Made by a program: the position numbers and the translations under genes. Below, one piece after another: positions 27,996 through 37,337 of a DNA stretch of 64,000 bases (positions within the stretch are counted from its first letter, which is position 1; every line of letters starts with the position of its first letter). Source of the stretch: a virus; the IMG/VR virus record IMGVR_UViG_3300037391_000010, positions 1-64,000 of that record. One strand, given 5' to 3'. The notes beneath the pieces are model-generated. The model saw nothing but the letters and a program-made list of their open reading frames with translations, was not told the DNA's origin and made no database searches.

Positions 27996-28898
27996 ATGCC
28001 TTTTACGAAGATAGCCAACGCGACTTTGCAGGAACCAGTTATCGCCCCTGAGGACTGGATCAAGCTGCACGGAAAGCACGTGTTTGGGCACAAGTCCGCC
28101 TCGGGCACCGCTGCCGCGCAGACCTTCCGCAAGTCGGCTGACACATCCAAATATCTGTTGTCGCACTGCACCATCATGGCGTCCGTCATGGTCGAGGCCG
28201 ACCCATACGATTACCTCATCAAGCCGGAATGTGCACACCTCGTTAACAACAACGATGACGCATGGACGAACGAAGTTCTGAAGCTCAGCCACAGCAGTTT
28301 CGTCGGTGCTTTCAACTTCGTAGAGCACTTCCAGAATTCTAAGTACGCGAAGGGTCATATCCTCGATGCCATTCTCCGCAAGATCAATTTGAGCGGCGAT
28401 GGCGGTGTGTGGGTCTATTTCTGCGATATCCTTGTCGCCACTGATCTCGGACACGAGAAGCTGATTAACGACATCCGCAGCGAGAAGGTGAAGTACCTTT
28501 CGATGGGCTGCGTGACTGACCTCGTAATTTGCAGCTATTGCGGTGCCCGCGTAACCGATCAAAACACGTACTGCAACCACCTGTCGTACCAGAAGGGCAT
28601 GTTCCTTACGGATGACGACGGCATTGCTCGTCGCGTGGCTGAGCTTTGCGGACACAAGACAATGGAAAATGGCGGTGTGAAGTTTGTGGAAGCGAGTTGG
28701 GTTGCTACTCCCGCTTTCCCCGGTGCCGCGAAGCGCAATACCGTGGCCGAAGAGTGGGTCGGGCCTCGCACCAAGTACACCAAGTCATCGGCTGCTGGCA
28801 AGATGGCAAAAATTGCCAGTGGAAATGATGAATTCGAAACCCTTGATTTAGGTGATGCTTTAATGAGCGCGGACCTTCACGGGAGACTAATACGCTAA
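27996..28898 (+). CDS. Prohead (capsid maturation) protease with Zn-finger insertion
   Basis: N.N.D.W...L...F.G..NFVEH, GHILDA, LSMGC (candidate catalytic Ser), C..C...C.H, F.EASWV..PAF..A; upstream of scaffold and capsid; start moved to ATG 27996. Confidence 0.8.
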   Translation: MPFTKIANATLQEPVIAPEDWIKLHGKHVFGHKSASGTAAAQTFRKSADTSKYLLSHCTIMASVMVEADPYDYLIKPECAHLVNNNDDAWTNEVLKLSHSSFVGAFNFVEHFQNSKYAKGHILDAILRKINLSGDGGVWVYFCDILVATDLGHEKLINDIRSEKVKYLSMGCVTDLVICSYCGARVTDQNTYCNHLSYQKGMFLTDDDGIARRVAELCGHKTMENGGVKFVEASWVATPAFPGAAKRNTVAEEWVGPRTKYTKSSAAGKMAKIASGNDEFETLDLGDALMSADLHGRLIR

Positions 28899-31093
28899 TG
28901 GCAAACGCAATGAAATCGAAACTAGCAGTCGCAAAGGCGGCACTTGATCGCAAACAAGCGGATTTAGACGCCGTTGACGATCAGATCATGGGTCTGGACT
29001 CTGGCATTCCATCCGACCTTCCCGCAACCCCCGAATTTGACCTCCTTACCGCGAAGCGCGAAGAGCTTGAAGAAGAGATTCGCACGATGCGCGAAGGCGT
29101 TCAGTTTATCTCCGAGTGGGAGAAGCTGAAGGGCGGACAATGGTCGGAAGGTATTCGTTCCCAGTTGGACGGCCTCGACTCAGAGATCGCCAATATAGCT
29201 GGCGGCGATGCCGCCGAGCCGGGTATGGGCGTAGGCCCTGACATGGGAGCCCCGTTGGGCGATCCCCTCGCTGCACCACCTGCTCCAGACGCTTTAGCAG
29301 CACCAGCGGGCGAAGTGGCTCCTGAAACTGCCCCAGCCCCCGAGATTGCGGCACCCGATGCCGCCGCAGAACCAGCACCAGAAGCACCCGCACCTGCCTT
29401 GGAACCTCCGATGGCGAGCGCAAAATCCGCAGTAAACAAGAAAAATAACTATCAAACCTCTCAAAAGAGGGGCAATTCTGCCTCTCCTGAGATGAAAAAG
29501 GAAGGCTCAACCATGGCAACTCCTACAGCTACCAAGCCCTCGAACTTGAAAGAGAAGCTTGCAGAACTGAAAACGAAGCGCGAGACGATCAAGAGGGAAG
29601 CGCAGGTTCGCACCGCTGCGGCGTATACAATCGCCAATACGATGCTCCCGGGTGCCCCCGTCGAAAAGCGTCAGGCATTCGCCTCTTCGCTACTTCAAGG
29701 TAACGACACCAAAGCTCTCGTTGCTGCCCTCCGTCAAACCGCGATTAACGCCCACAACACCCACATCGCCGAACAATTTAAGGAAGTCCACAAGGTCGAA
29801 CTCAATGATCTCCTCGAAGACCCGTCCGTTCTGAAGTCCGAGCGTTCCGCTGTCGAGAAGGAAATCAAGGGTGACGCGAAGTCGGCTGGCAAGACTGCTG
29901 ACGACCGCAAGGACGCTGGTCCGCAGACTGATACGTACAACGACGGTCGTGGTTGCGGCGGCGGCACTCACTCCGAGCCGAAGGAAATGGAAGCCTCGAA
30001 AGCTGGCGACCGTCCTGATGCTGGCGAGAAACCGGGTCAGACCGTGAATCTGAGCGACGGCAAGTCCGCTGCCTCAAAGAAGGCAAAATGCAAGGACGGC
30101 GAAAAGTGTGCTGGTTGCGATAACTGCAAGTCCACATCTGCCGCCGACAAGAAGGCCGCTGAAAAGTGCGCCGATTGCAAGGGCGATAAGAAATGCGCGA
30201 AGCACGCTTCCGCCAAGGCAAAGAAGGCCGATGAGCCGCCAATGGATGCACCGCTCGACGCACCCGCAGGCGATGCCCCACCGATGGATATGGCCGCTCC
30301 CGCAGGCGATGCAGGGCTGGACGCTCCTCCGATGGATGCAGAACCACCCGCTGACGAAGCAGGCGCAATTCTGACCGACGAGAAGAAGATGGTCGTTCAG
30401 GAAAAGATCGAGGAAGTCAACGAGGCTGTCAAGGCCCTTGAGCAGGAAATCCTTGAAGAGAACGAAGAGGAAGTTCCTCTCGCTCTTGAAGAGGGTGAGC
30501 CGTCCGAGGAAGAGCTTGACCTTTCGTCTGTGTTCGATCAGGACGAGATGGAAGACAAGGCCGCGTCACTTGCCAACGAAGGCGACGAACATCAGGCCGC
30601 CGGCGATGACGACAGCTTCTTCGCCCCAACATCTGCCGCAGGCATGGAATCTGTGCTTGACGACAGCGGTATGCAGGTAGCCAGCATCGAGAGCTATTTC
30701 GATATGCAGGGCTCTGACGCCGACCCACTTTACAGCCTCATTGCTTCCGAAGAGAAGGTTGCAATGAACGTTGAAGGCTTTGACGTTCTGGAATCATTCA
30801 CTGGCGAAGTTGCCAACAAGCTGAAGCAGAACGAGGCTGGCGCAGAAGATCGCGACAACGAGTCGGATCACGATGAAGACCTCTTCGTCGAAGCAATGAA
30901 GGACATCAAGCCTGAAGAGCAGGGCGCAAAGCGCACTCCTCAGGATGCGGTTCCTCAGTTGCAGTCTCCGAAGTCCGCAGCCGCAAAGACCGCAGCCAAG
31001 GCTCCTACGGGCAGCATCAAGCGTGTTCGCCCAGTCGTAGCCTCACCGAAGCCCGTTGACATCGCCACTGCGCTGTTCGGCGACGACGAGTAA
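28898..31093 (+). CDS. Capsid scaffolding-like protein (acidic, coiled-coil, many K-x-A motifs)
   Basis: Directly follows the protease (TAATG); low complexity with coiled coils; possible internal start at 29513. Confidence 0.65.
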   Translation: MANAMKSKLAVAKAALDRKQADLDAVDDQIMGLDSGIPSDLPATPEFDLLTAKREELEEEIRTMREGVQFISEWEKLKGGQWSEGIRSQLDGLDSEIANIAGGDAAEPGMGVGPDMGAPLGDPLAAPPAPDALAAPAGEVAPETAPAPEIAAPDAAAEPAPEAPAPALEPPMASAKSAVNKKNNYQTSQKRGNSASPEMKKEGSTMATPTATKPSNLKEKLAELKTKRETIKREAQVRTAAAYTIANTMLPGAPVEKRQAFASSLLQGNDTKALVAALRQTAINAHNTHIAEQFKEVHKVELNDLLEDPSVLKSERSAVEKEIKGDAKSAGKTADDRKDAGPQTDTYNDGRGCGGGTHSEPKEMEASKAGDRPDAGEKPGQTVNLSDGKSAASKKAKCKDGEKCAGCDNCKSTSAADKKAAEKCADCKGDKKCAKHASAKAKKADEPPMDAPLDAPAGDAPPMDMAAPAGDAGLDAPPMDAEPPADEAGAILTDEKKMVVQEKIEEVNEAVKALEQEILEENEEEVPLALEEGEPSEEELDLSSVFDQDEMEDKAASLANEGDEHQAAGDDDSFFAPTSAAGMESVLDDSGMQVASIESYFDMQGSDADPLYSLIASEEKVAMNVEGFDVLESFTGEVANKLKQNEAGAEDRDNESDHDEDLFVEAMKDIKPEEQGAKRTPQDAVPQLQSPKSAAAKTAAKAPTGSIKRVRPVVASPKPVDIATALFGDDE

Positions 31094-31111
31094 CCCTTTG
31101 CTACATGATTG

Positions 31112-31152
31112 AAGGGGCAAGGGTTGTTATAACCCTTGCCCCTTTTGCTTTT
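31112..31152 (+). terminator. Intrinsic terminator
   Basis: AAGGGGCAAGGGTT-GTTAT-AACCCTTGCCCCTT followed by a T-rich tail. Confidence 0.85.
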
Positions 31153-31205
31153 GTGAAGATCATGTGGTATGATTTTGGGTATTAAGACTTTGAGAAGGAA
31201 AACGA

Positions 31206-31532
31206 ATGCTTACACCAAACACCATTGATAGCGTCAAGGCCATCGCCACGATCATCGGCTGGTTCACGGTAATCCCGGTCGCCATCTACGTCGGCAAGTT
31301 TGCGTGGACTGTCCGTGGTCTGCTCGACAAGGCGGTGTCTAACCATCTCGCGCACATTCAGGACTCCGTGACCAAAGTACAAGACCATATCGACACGGGT
31401 CTGCGTGACCTAAAAGAGGATGAACGCCGTAACGCTGGCGATATCGTGAAAGCCGTAGATCGTTGGGTGGAGGTCTCGGAACGTCACCATTCCGACTTGG
31501 TTAGGGCTATCTACGAAGGCCGCAAGAAGTAA
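31206..31532 (+). CDS. Small membrane protein with C-terminal coiled coil (holin-like, uncertain)
   Basis: One N-terminal hydrophobic helix; AAGGA RBS; GGG-TATTAA upstream. Confidence 0.5.
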   Translation: MLTPNTIDSVKAIATIIGWFTVIPVAIYVGKFAWTVRGLLDKAVSNHLAHIQDSVTKVQDHIDTGLRDLKEDERRNAGDIVKAVDRWVEVSERHHSDLVRAIYEGRKK

Positions 31533-31559
31533 TCACAATCTCAACCGAGTGCATCACCA

Positions 31560-31592
31560 AAGGGGTCGCCTAAAAAGCGGCCCCTTCATTTT
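31560..31592. terminator. Terminator between convergent genes
   Basis: AAGGGGTCGC-CTAAAAA-GCGGCCCCTT plus CATTTT. Confidence 0.7.
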
Positions 31593-32129
31593 CTAGCAAT
31601 TACAATTTCCCGATCCAGACCCCGAACCGCCTCGTCCTGAGCCCACGGATGGCTGGAACCCTTTGTAGTCGGGGCCGTCACGAATAACGAGGCTCGCCCA
31701 ATCCTTAAACAGGGGGAAATGCAGCCAGTAGTTGCCCTTGAACTCGATCCAGTACCCGAACATGGCATCCCAGCCAGAGTTCAGAACGGTGATGACACCC
31801 GTGGCAACAGGGGGCTGCGCTGGGGGAAGCTGCTGTGGGTATGGGACGGCGGGATTGGGAATCGCGTTCAACTGCGCCCACTTCCACGGTCTGTCCTTGA
31901 ACGAATTTACGAAACGCGGGAAGATTTGTTCTTCAGGAAAGTTGCTCATCAGACCAATGCCGTACAGGTCGCGGCCAAATAGGACTGTGGTTTGAACTTT
32001 AGCTAAGATGGAAGAGACGGCGAGGATGCATCGGTATCCAGTTTGTTCCGTCCCGCCGCCTGTAGGCAGTTGGATAACCTCTGGGGTCTGCATCTGCACT
32101 GCTAGAATTTTCGCTGGAGGTGTCGCCAT
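31593..32129 (-). CDS. Hypothetical (probably virion) protein
   Basis: Start moved to MATPPAKIL (32129), which sits at the end of a late-motif copy (ACTACTCAAATCTTTAGT-ATG). Confidence 0.6.
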   Translation of the reverse strand: MATPPAKILAVQMQTPEVIQLPTGGGTEQTGYRCILAVSSILAKVQTTVLFGRDLYGIGLMSNFPEEQIFPRFVNSFKDRPWKWAQLNAIPNPAVPYPQQLPPAQPPVATGVITVLNSGWDAMFGYWIEFKGNYWLHFPLFKDWASLVIRDGPDYKGFQPSVGSGRGGSGSGSGNCNC

Positions 32130-32160
32130 ACTAAAGATTTGAGTAGTGGTATAATGGGGG

Positions 32161-32730
32161 ATGGTCTTTGAGCCCCGGTGTGTCAAATGCGGTCGCCCCA
32201 AGCTAAGCCACACCATCAGTGGTGTATCAGACGGTCAAGGGAACACATGGGATTTGGCGATTCAGTCTGGTTCAGCCTCTATTTTCTACGCCATGAATTG
32301 TAAGGCGGGGTCGAACACCGTAAGTTTTCCCACTACGTTCGGTACAATTTGGGAATTTAGCGGGGTAGCCGCAACATCCGCCCTCGATCAAACCAATTCT
32401 GGCTATTGGTATTCCTCTGCGTATGCCATCAGCTTGACTCCGACTGTGGATAGTGAATTGGTGCTTTTTACAACACAATCATATTCGGGGGCATCCTATC
32501 CAACTGTCGGTGCGAGTTCACCATGGAACCCAGCATATCCCAATCCCGAAAATCGATACGATTATGGTGTCGGTTGTAGTGCCTATCAAATTCAAACCAC
32601 GGCAGCAACTCTTAGTAACTCGGGTTGGACTGTGGGAGGCAATGGTGGGGCCGAGCTTGCGGTATCATTCTTTGCCGCACTGCCCGCAAATTTAATTATG
32701 CCGATGGGTTCAATGGGGATGGTGTGCTAA
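32161..32730 (+). CDS. Chimeric-looking protein: short CxxC N-terminus fused to a fibre/virion-type beta domain
   Basis: GG-TATAAT 5 nt upstream; CVKCG then ISGVSDGQGNTW...EFSGV, similar to modules of 44021..46189. Confidence 0.5.
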   Translation: MVFEPRCVKCGRPKLSHTISGVSDGQGNTWDLAIQSGSASIFYAMNCKAGSNTVSFPTTFGTIWEFSGVAATSALDQTNSGYWYSSAYAISLTPTVDSELVLFTTQSYSGASYPTVGASSPWNPAYPNPENRYDYGVGCSAYQIQTTAATLSNSGWTVGGNGGAELAVSFFAALPANLIMPMGSMGMVC

Positions 32731-33446
32731 ACACCACAAAATTTCTTTCGTTTTTCCAGTTATACACCGTGGATCGATTGACGCCATAGAGTTCAACAAA
32801 CTCAGCGACAGTCCCTTCCCATGTTAACCAGACTTTGTACAATCCGCCGTAATGTAGGCAGAAGCGTCGATGACCGCCGTAGACACCCTTGGCGACTTGC
32901 TTAAATTCTGTGCCGCAATCTGGGCAGGTAAAATCTCTAAGCTTGGAGTTTTCTATTTTGTTGACGGCTGTGGAGAGTTTGCTCATCTTGTTACGACGGT
33001 CATCATTCCAACTTGCCGCTATTTTTGCGCGTTGAGTAGCGGGCTTGGGTTTACCCTTGAATAGCAGACTGGTGGTCTCTCTTTGCCGTTTCGTTGAAAC
33101 TCTTCCCAATGCTTTTATGCGTAATTTTTCACGTATTTCCGGCGTTGCTGGTACGCCATCCCCGCCTGCCGTCATGTTGTAACCATCGGGCGACAGGGTT
33201 TTAAGAACTAAAATCCATAACTGTTCAAGCCGATTGAGTTCTTCGGTTGTGGTTGCTTTCGCTAATTGCTGCACGTGGAAATTTTCGGGGCCGTGTTTGC
33301 GAAGAGCGCGGTACAGGTACTCTTGATGGCGCTTTGGTTGTTTTGCGTTCTTCAGGTGTTCACGCCATCTTCCTCGAATGGTCTTTTCGGTTTTGCCGAT
33401 GTACATCTTCCCCGTCAACCAAATTGGTTACCAGATAGACAAACAT
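32696..33446 (-). pseudogene. GIY-YIG homing endonuclease with a single-base frameshift near the 5' end
   Basis: ATG 33446 with GAGAGG RBS encodes MFVYLVTNLVDG; KMYIGKT...RW..H...E..WI...GYN.T.GG plus NUMOD3-like/HTH tail is one base out of frame (extra base in 33410-33420). Confidence 0.75.
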
Positions 33447-33614
33447 AAAAACCTCTCTACTTAATACGGTCAAATCGACAAAATCGCTAGTTAGTGAAAA
33501 AATTTTGATACGCATGTCTTATGTGAGAGTCGTTCAACCTATAGTCCTTAGCCCCCAAAAGGCCGGATTGGGAAGAATAATCAAACTCTCGTACACAAAA
33601 CTGGAGAAACCAAA

Positions 33615-34196
33615 ATGAGTGTGAAATTACACTATCTGGGTCAGAACGATTCCGTTAACTGCACCCCAGCGGTATTCCTCACTGGCGATCCGGGAACTGA
33701 CCAACAGACGTTGAAGGCTGGCGGGTATGTCGGCGGCGTGATTGTAGCCATTATTGGTGCAAGCACGAACGCAGCTTATCCAGTCCAACCTCCCAACCAA
33801 CCTGCTTTCGGACAAATCGGTAACATCGTTCCGTGCGACACGGACGCGACTTACTATGGGTCTGGAAACGCTGGCACTCCCTTCGCAACTCTGCTCAACA
33901 ACGGCGGCGAATTCGCTGGCGCTATTGGGCCTTCCGGTTCCAAGAAAGCCCCCGTTGTCCGTGCCATGTGGCAGGGAATGGTGGGTAACTCGGACGGAAA
34001 TTGCTATGATACGGGCGCAACGTTCACACTCGGTGCGTATCTGTATTGTGGCTGCGCCACTTCCGCGAACATCGGACAGTACACTTCAGCAGCACGTACC
34101 CACGGCGGTTCCGCCTCGGGCAACACGGCTGTTGGCATCTGCACCCACGTTCCTAGCGCGACTGAGCCTTGGCTCGGCGTAGCGTCGTTACTGTAA
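33615..34196 (+). CDS. Capsid decoration/cement protein (probable)
   Basis: 193-aa Gly-rich beta protein immediately upstream of the major capsid gene; GGAG RBS. Confidence 0.6.
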   Translation: MSVKLHYLGQNDSVNCTPAVFLTGDPGTDQQTLKAGGYVGGVIVAIIGASTNAAYPVQPPNQPAFGQIGNIVPCDTDATYYGSGNAGTPFATLLNNGGEFAGAIGPSGSKKAPVVRAMWQGMVGNSDGNCYDTGATFTLGAYLYCGCATSANIGQYTSAARTHGGSASGNTAVGICTHVPSATEPWLGVASLL

Positions 34197-34215
34197 AAGG
34201 AGAAAAGAGACTAAC

Positions 34216-35175
34216 ATGGCAAACCTTTCTCGTACACAACAGCAGACGGCTATGCTCGGTCAGTTACTCAAGACCGCTGGTGGTCGTCAGAAACTTGCGG
34301 CTTCGTTGGGACCATCCCTCCGTCGTCGTCGTGACTATATGAGCATTGCTCGCAAGGCTCTTATGGTTGAAACTCTTCCCGATGGCGCTCTGCCCATCTA
34401 CGATAAGGAATTCGATGTAAGCGCGATGACTGTGGGCTCGACCCCCGGCTCGTCCTTCGTTGAAGCCTTTGTGGTAGGTGAAGAAGGCGGCGACATCGTG
34501 CGCGTCACCAAGCCAAAGCGCGTCACGGTTCCGACGTTTGAAATCGTGTGCAACCCGATGATTCCGATCACGCAGATCAAGGAACGTCGTTTCGATCTCG
34601 TCGCTCGTTCACTCAACCTTGCAAAGGCTGAAGTAGGCGCAGCGGAAGATGGTTACGTGTTCAACCTGTTTGACGGCGTTGCGGCAGGCGCAGTCGGCCA
34701 TCCACCCAACGATCCGGTTTACAACCCCGACATCGCCATCAATGCTCCCATCGACATCAACTCGTTGGCAGACGGCTTTGGTCAGGTTGCACGCCACGAT
34801 CTGTCGGTTGCTTTCATCTTCTTCAATCCGCGTGACTACACGGACCTGTTGAAGTGGACGCAGCAAAACATCGACCGTGAAACACAGCGCAAGCTGTTGA
34901 AGACGGGCGTCATGGGCTATCTATGGGGCGCAACGCTCCTCCAGTCTCGTAAGGTCGGCTACGGCTGCATCTACATTCTGGCGGACGCTGAGTTCCTCGG
35001 CGTAATCCCAGAACGTATTCCGTTGACCGTGATGTCTGCCGACCGTCCTGACCTCCGTCAGATCGGTTTCAGCATCTTCGAGAACTTGGGCTTCTTGGTG
35101 TTCAACCCATCAGGTGTCCAGCGTCTCACAGTCAATGGCCGCTTCAACGCGACCGCCAACTACGGCGAGAACTAA
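34216..35175 (+). CDS. Major capsid protein (HK97-fold)
   Basis: R.KLA.S....LR...DY..IARK.L.V..LP.GA.P.YDK, V.VP.FEI..NP.I....IK.R.F, G..G.LWGA....S..V..G; follows protease, scaffold and decoration genes. Confidence 0.85.
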   Translation: MANLSRTQQQTAMLGQLLKTAGGRQKLAASLGPSLRRRRDYMSIARKALMVETLPDGALPIYDKEFDVSAMTVGSTPGSSFVEAFVVGEEGGDIVRVTKPKRVTVPTFEIVCNPMIPITQIKERRFDLVARSLNLAKAEVGAAEDGYVFNLFDGVAAGAVGHPPNDPVYNPDIAINAPIDINSLADGFGQVARHDLSVAFIFFNPRDYTDLLKWTQQNIDRETQRKLLKTGVMGYLWGATLLQSRKVGYGCIYILADAEFLGVIPERIPLTVMSADRPDLRQIGFSIFENLGFLVFNPSGVQRLTVNGRFNATANYGEN

Positions 35176-35199
35176 ACCTCTCGTTGTTTGGTCTAACCT

Positions 35200-35234
35200 T
35201 GGGCTCGGAGAAATCCGAGCCCATTTTCTTTTTC
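35200..35234 (+). terminator. Intrinsic terminator after the major capsid gene
   Basis: TGGGCTCGGA-GAAA-TCCGAGCCCA plus TTTTCTTTTT. Confidence 0.9.
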
Positions 35235-35280
35235 CCCAATATCCTTTTCTCTTTTGGGTATTAGATAACTAGGGGTAAAA

Positions 35281-35754
35281 ATGCAAAAAAGTTACGTCGC
35301 TAAGTCCCCGATCAATTTTGTGCAATTTGGCTTCCGAGTCAACGCTGGGGATATTCTCGTCCACGATACGGCCCAGCAAAAGCTCACGGTGTACCGCAAT
35401 GGGCAGATCGTCAAGACCCTGAAGCAGTCTTCGCTCGGCATGAGCGCCTTTGTCAAGGATCGCTCCGCTGAGGAGGTAGTTGAGAAGCCCCAGCCCCGAC
35501 CGATTGACCCTGCGGAGTGTGCGAGGTTGCTTAAGCTCTCCCACCCCAAGCTGACGCCTGACCTACCGAAAACCCCATCAACACCGCAAAAACCGACACA
35601 GGAAGAAATTCGTCAGAAGCGTAAGAAAGCCCAGCCGACCGAGATCAGCACCGATGACCCTGAATTCCGCAAACGGATGGGTCTCAAAGATGGCGAGAAC
35701 CTCGAAGACCCCGTGGTGCGTAAGCGTCTCGGCCTCAAAGACAAGTCGGTCTAA
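35281..35754 (+). CDS. Hypothetical protein
   Basis: 157-aa ORF; GGG-TATTAG upstream; short C-terminal repeat DP..RKR.GLKD x2. Confidence 0.6.
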   Translation: MQKSYVAKSPINFVQFGFRVNAGDILVHDTAQQKLTVYRNGQIVKTLKQSSLGMSAFVKDRSAEEVVEKPQPRPIDPAECARLLKLSHPKLTPDLPKTPSTPQKPTQEEIRQKRKKAQPTEISTDDPEFRKRMGLKDGENLEDPVVRKRLGLKDKSV

Positions 35755-36093
35755 GTGCCGCGCACGCCCCGCAAAACTCAATGGTGGATGACCGTTCGCA
35801 AATGCGATGGTCGGTGCTGGTACTGCGGCTATGCGCCTGCGGAGCTTTGTGACCTCACTGTAGACCACGCGAAGCCAGCCAGCCGAGGCGGGCCGAACGC
35901 CGAATGGAACCTCCTGCCTGCCTGTGAATACTGCAATCGCCTGAAGGACAATCAAACAGTTTCCGAGTTCAGGAAGCTGGTTAAAATGAGGGTCGTCCGT
36001 AACCTCATCTCACTGGGTTACATCGGGGACGGTCTAAGTCGTTTGAAGATAGTGTTTTACGGAGAGGGGTATGACTCCGTTCTAGGCTACTGA
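35755..36093 (+). CDS. HNH endonuclease
   Basis: CWYCG...TVDH..P.SRGG.N...NL.PAC..CN..K. Confidence 0.85.
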   Translation: MPRTPRKTQWWMTVRKCDGRCWYCGYAPAELCDLTVDHAKPASRGGPNAEWNLLPACEYCNRLKDNQTVSEFRKLVKMRVVRNLISLGYIGDGLSRLKIVFYGEGYDSVLGY

Positions 36094-36127
36094 CTTTCAA
36101 TTTCTCAGATGAGGGCTTCTGTCTAAA

Positions 36128-37153
36128 ATGAGCATCTTTATCACCATTCCCCTATCCAAGCTGTACGTGAAATTCGGGGTAAAGACTGCGATTTCGTTGC
36201 CTGATCTCGTCCGTCAGACGAACGCCTTCTCGAAAAAGTATCGCCCCGGATGCACGCCATCGCTGCTTGATTCGAACCCCAAAGCCCTGTTCCTCCACTA
36301 CAACGTGAAGTGCAACAAGGAAGATTCTGATCCAGCGGGGCACGATGTGCGCGTGCAGTTCGACACGACAAAGGTTCAGGAGTCGAGCCAAGCCAAAGAC
36401 CTCGATGTGCAGATTAGCTGCTCCTGCCCTGCGTTCTTGTATTGGGGTGCCCAGTGGAACCTCCATCAGCGCGATGGGCTGCTAGGGACGCCCAGACCGC
36501 AATTAACGGCCCCTACAGAGCAGCTTGACCTCCGTGGGAACTTCGTTATCTGCAAACACATCCATGCGGTGTTCGAGCGCATCCTGCCAAGCGTCCAGCA
36601 CAACATCGTGAAGCTACTGCGTGAGCGGACAATGCAAGAGAAGAAGGACGAACTGGACAAGACGCCCGAGCGCCTCCAAGAGAAACAGGAGGAGATGAAG
36701 AAAAAGAAGGAATTGGAGAAGATCAGGAAGGTCAAGGATAAGGAGGTTCAGGACAAGCTGTACGACGCCCTGCGTGAGCAGGAGGAAGCCCGCCTGATGC
36801 ACGAAGAGGACTTGGAGGATCAGGTAGAGCCCGTGGTGGAGCGCGACAAGCCAGCGACCGCACCTGCCGAGGAAAAGCCAGAACCGAAGCCTGCACCCGC
36901 ACCACCGCCGAAGCCCACACCGAAAGGAGAGGAAGAAGCGATTCAGAACCTCTATCAGGGCGAGCAGAAGAGTATTGAAGAGAAGCACCGTAAGGGCGAG
37001 CCGCATCTGCATCAGGGTTTGCCATACGAGGAAACTGAGAGAAAACACGTGAAGGAAAAGAAGTCACCCGAGTACATGGAAAAACTTCGAAAGGTCTGGA
37101 AGTACGTTAAAGACCGCGCAAAAGAACTGGCCGTGAGCGAAGAGGGGAAATAA
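36128..37153 (+). CDS. SWIM-type Zn-finger protein with charged C-terminal tail
   Basis: ISCSCPAF.YWG...ICKH; late motif upstream; KTAI near the N-terminus. Confidence 0.7.
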   Translation: MSIFITIPLSKLYVKFGVKTAISLPDLVRQTNAFSKKYRPGCTPSLLDSNPKALFLHYNVKCNKEDSDPAGHDVRVQFDTTKVQESSQAKDLDVQISCSCPAFLYWGAQWNLHQRDGLLGTPRPQLTAPTEQLDLRGNFVICKHIHAVFERILPSVQHNIVKLLRERTMQEKKDELDKTPERLQEKQEEMKKKKELEKIRKVKDKEVQDKLYDALREQEEARLMHEEDLEDQVEPVVERDKPATAPAEEKPEPKPAPAPPPKPTPKGEEEAIQNLYQGEQKSIEEKHRKGEPHLHQGLPYEETERKHVKEKKSPEYMEKLRKVWKYVKDRAKELAVSEEGK

Positions 37154-37154
37154 C

Positions 37155-37337
37155 GTGGCATTCGCACCCCTCGGACCTTGGACTCGCGGAGACGTGCTTG
37201 ATTTGCACATCTTCATCCTGTTGCTGATCTGGTTCACAATGGATCGTTGCAACCTCTACGTTGCTGATTGGATCGTGAAAGATCGGCTCAACAAACTGTT
37301 GTTCAACATTGCCATGTGGTTCAAGATAAGGAAGTAA
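37155..37337 (+). CDS. Small hydrophobic hypothetical protein
   Basis: 60-aa ORF filling the gap; hydrophobic core. Confidence 0.4.
   Translation: MAFAPLGPWTRGDVLDLHIFILLLIWFTMDRCNLYVADWIVKDRLNKLLFNIAMWFKIRK

Noticed and set aside
32696-33446. Group I intron hosting the GIY-YIG gene
   Set aside because: No interrupted host gene or recognisable P/Q/R/S elements; the gene has its own promoter and RBS, so it is free-standing
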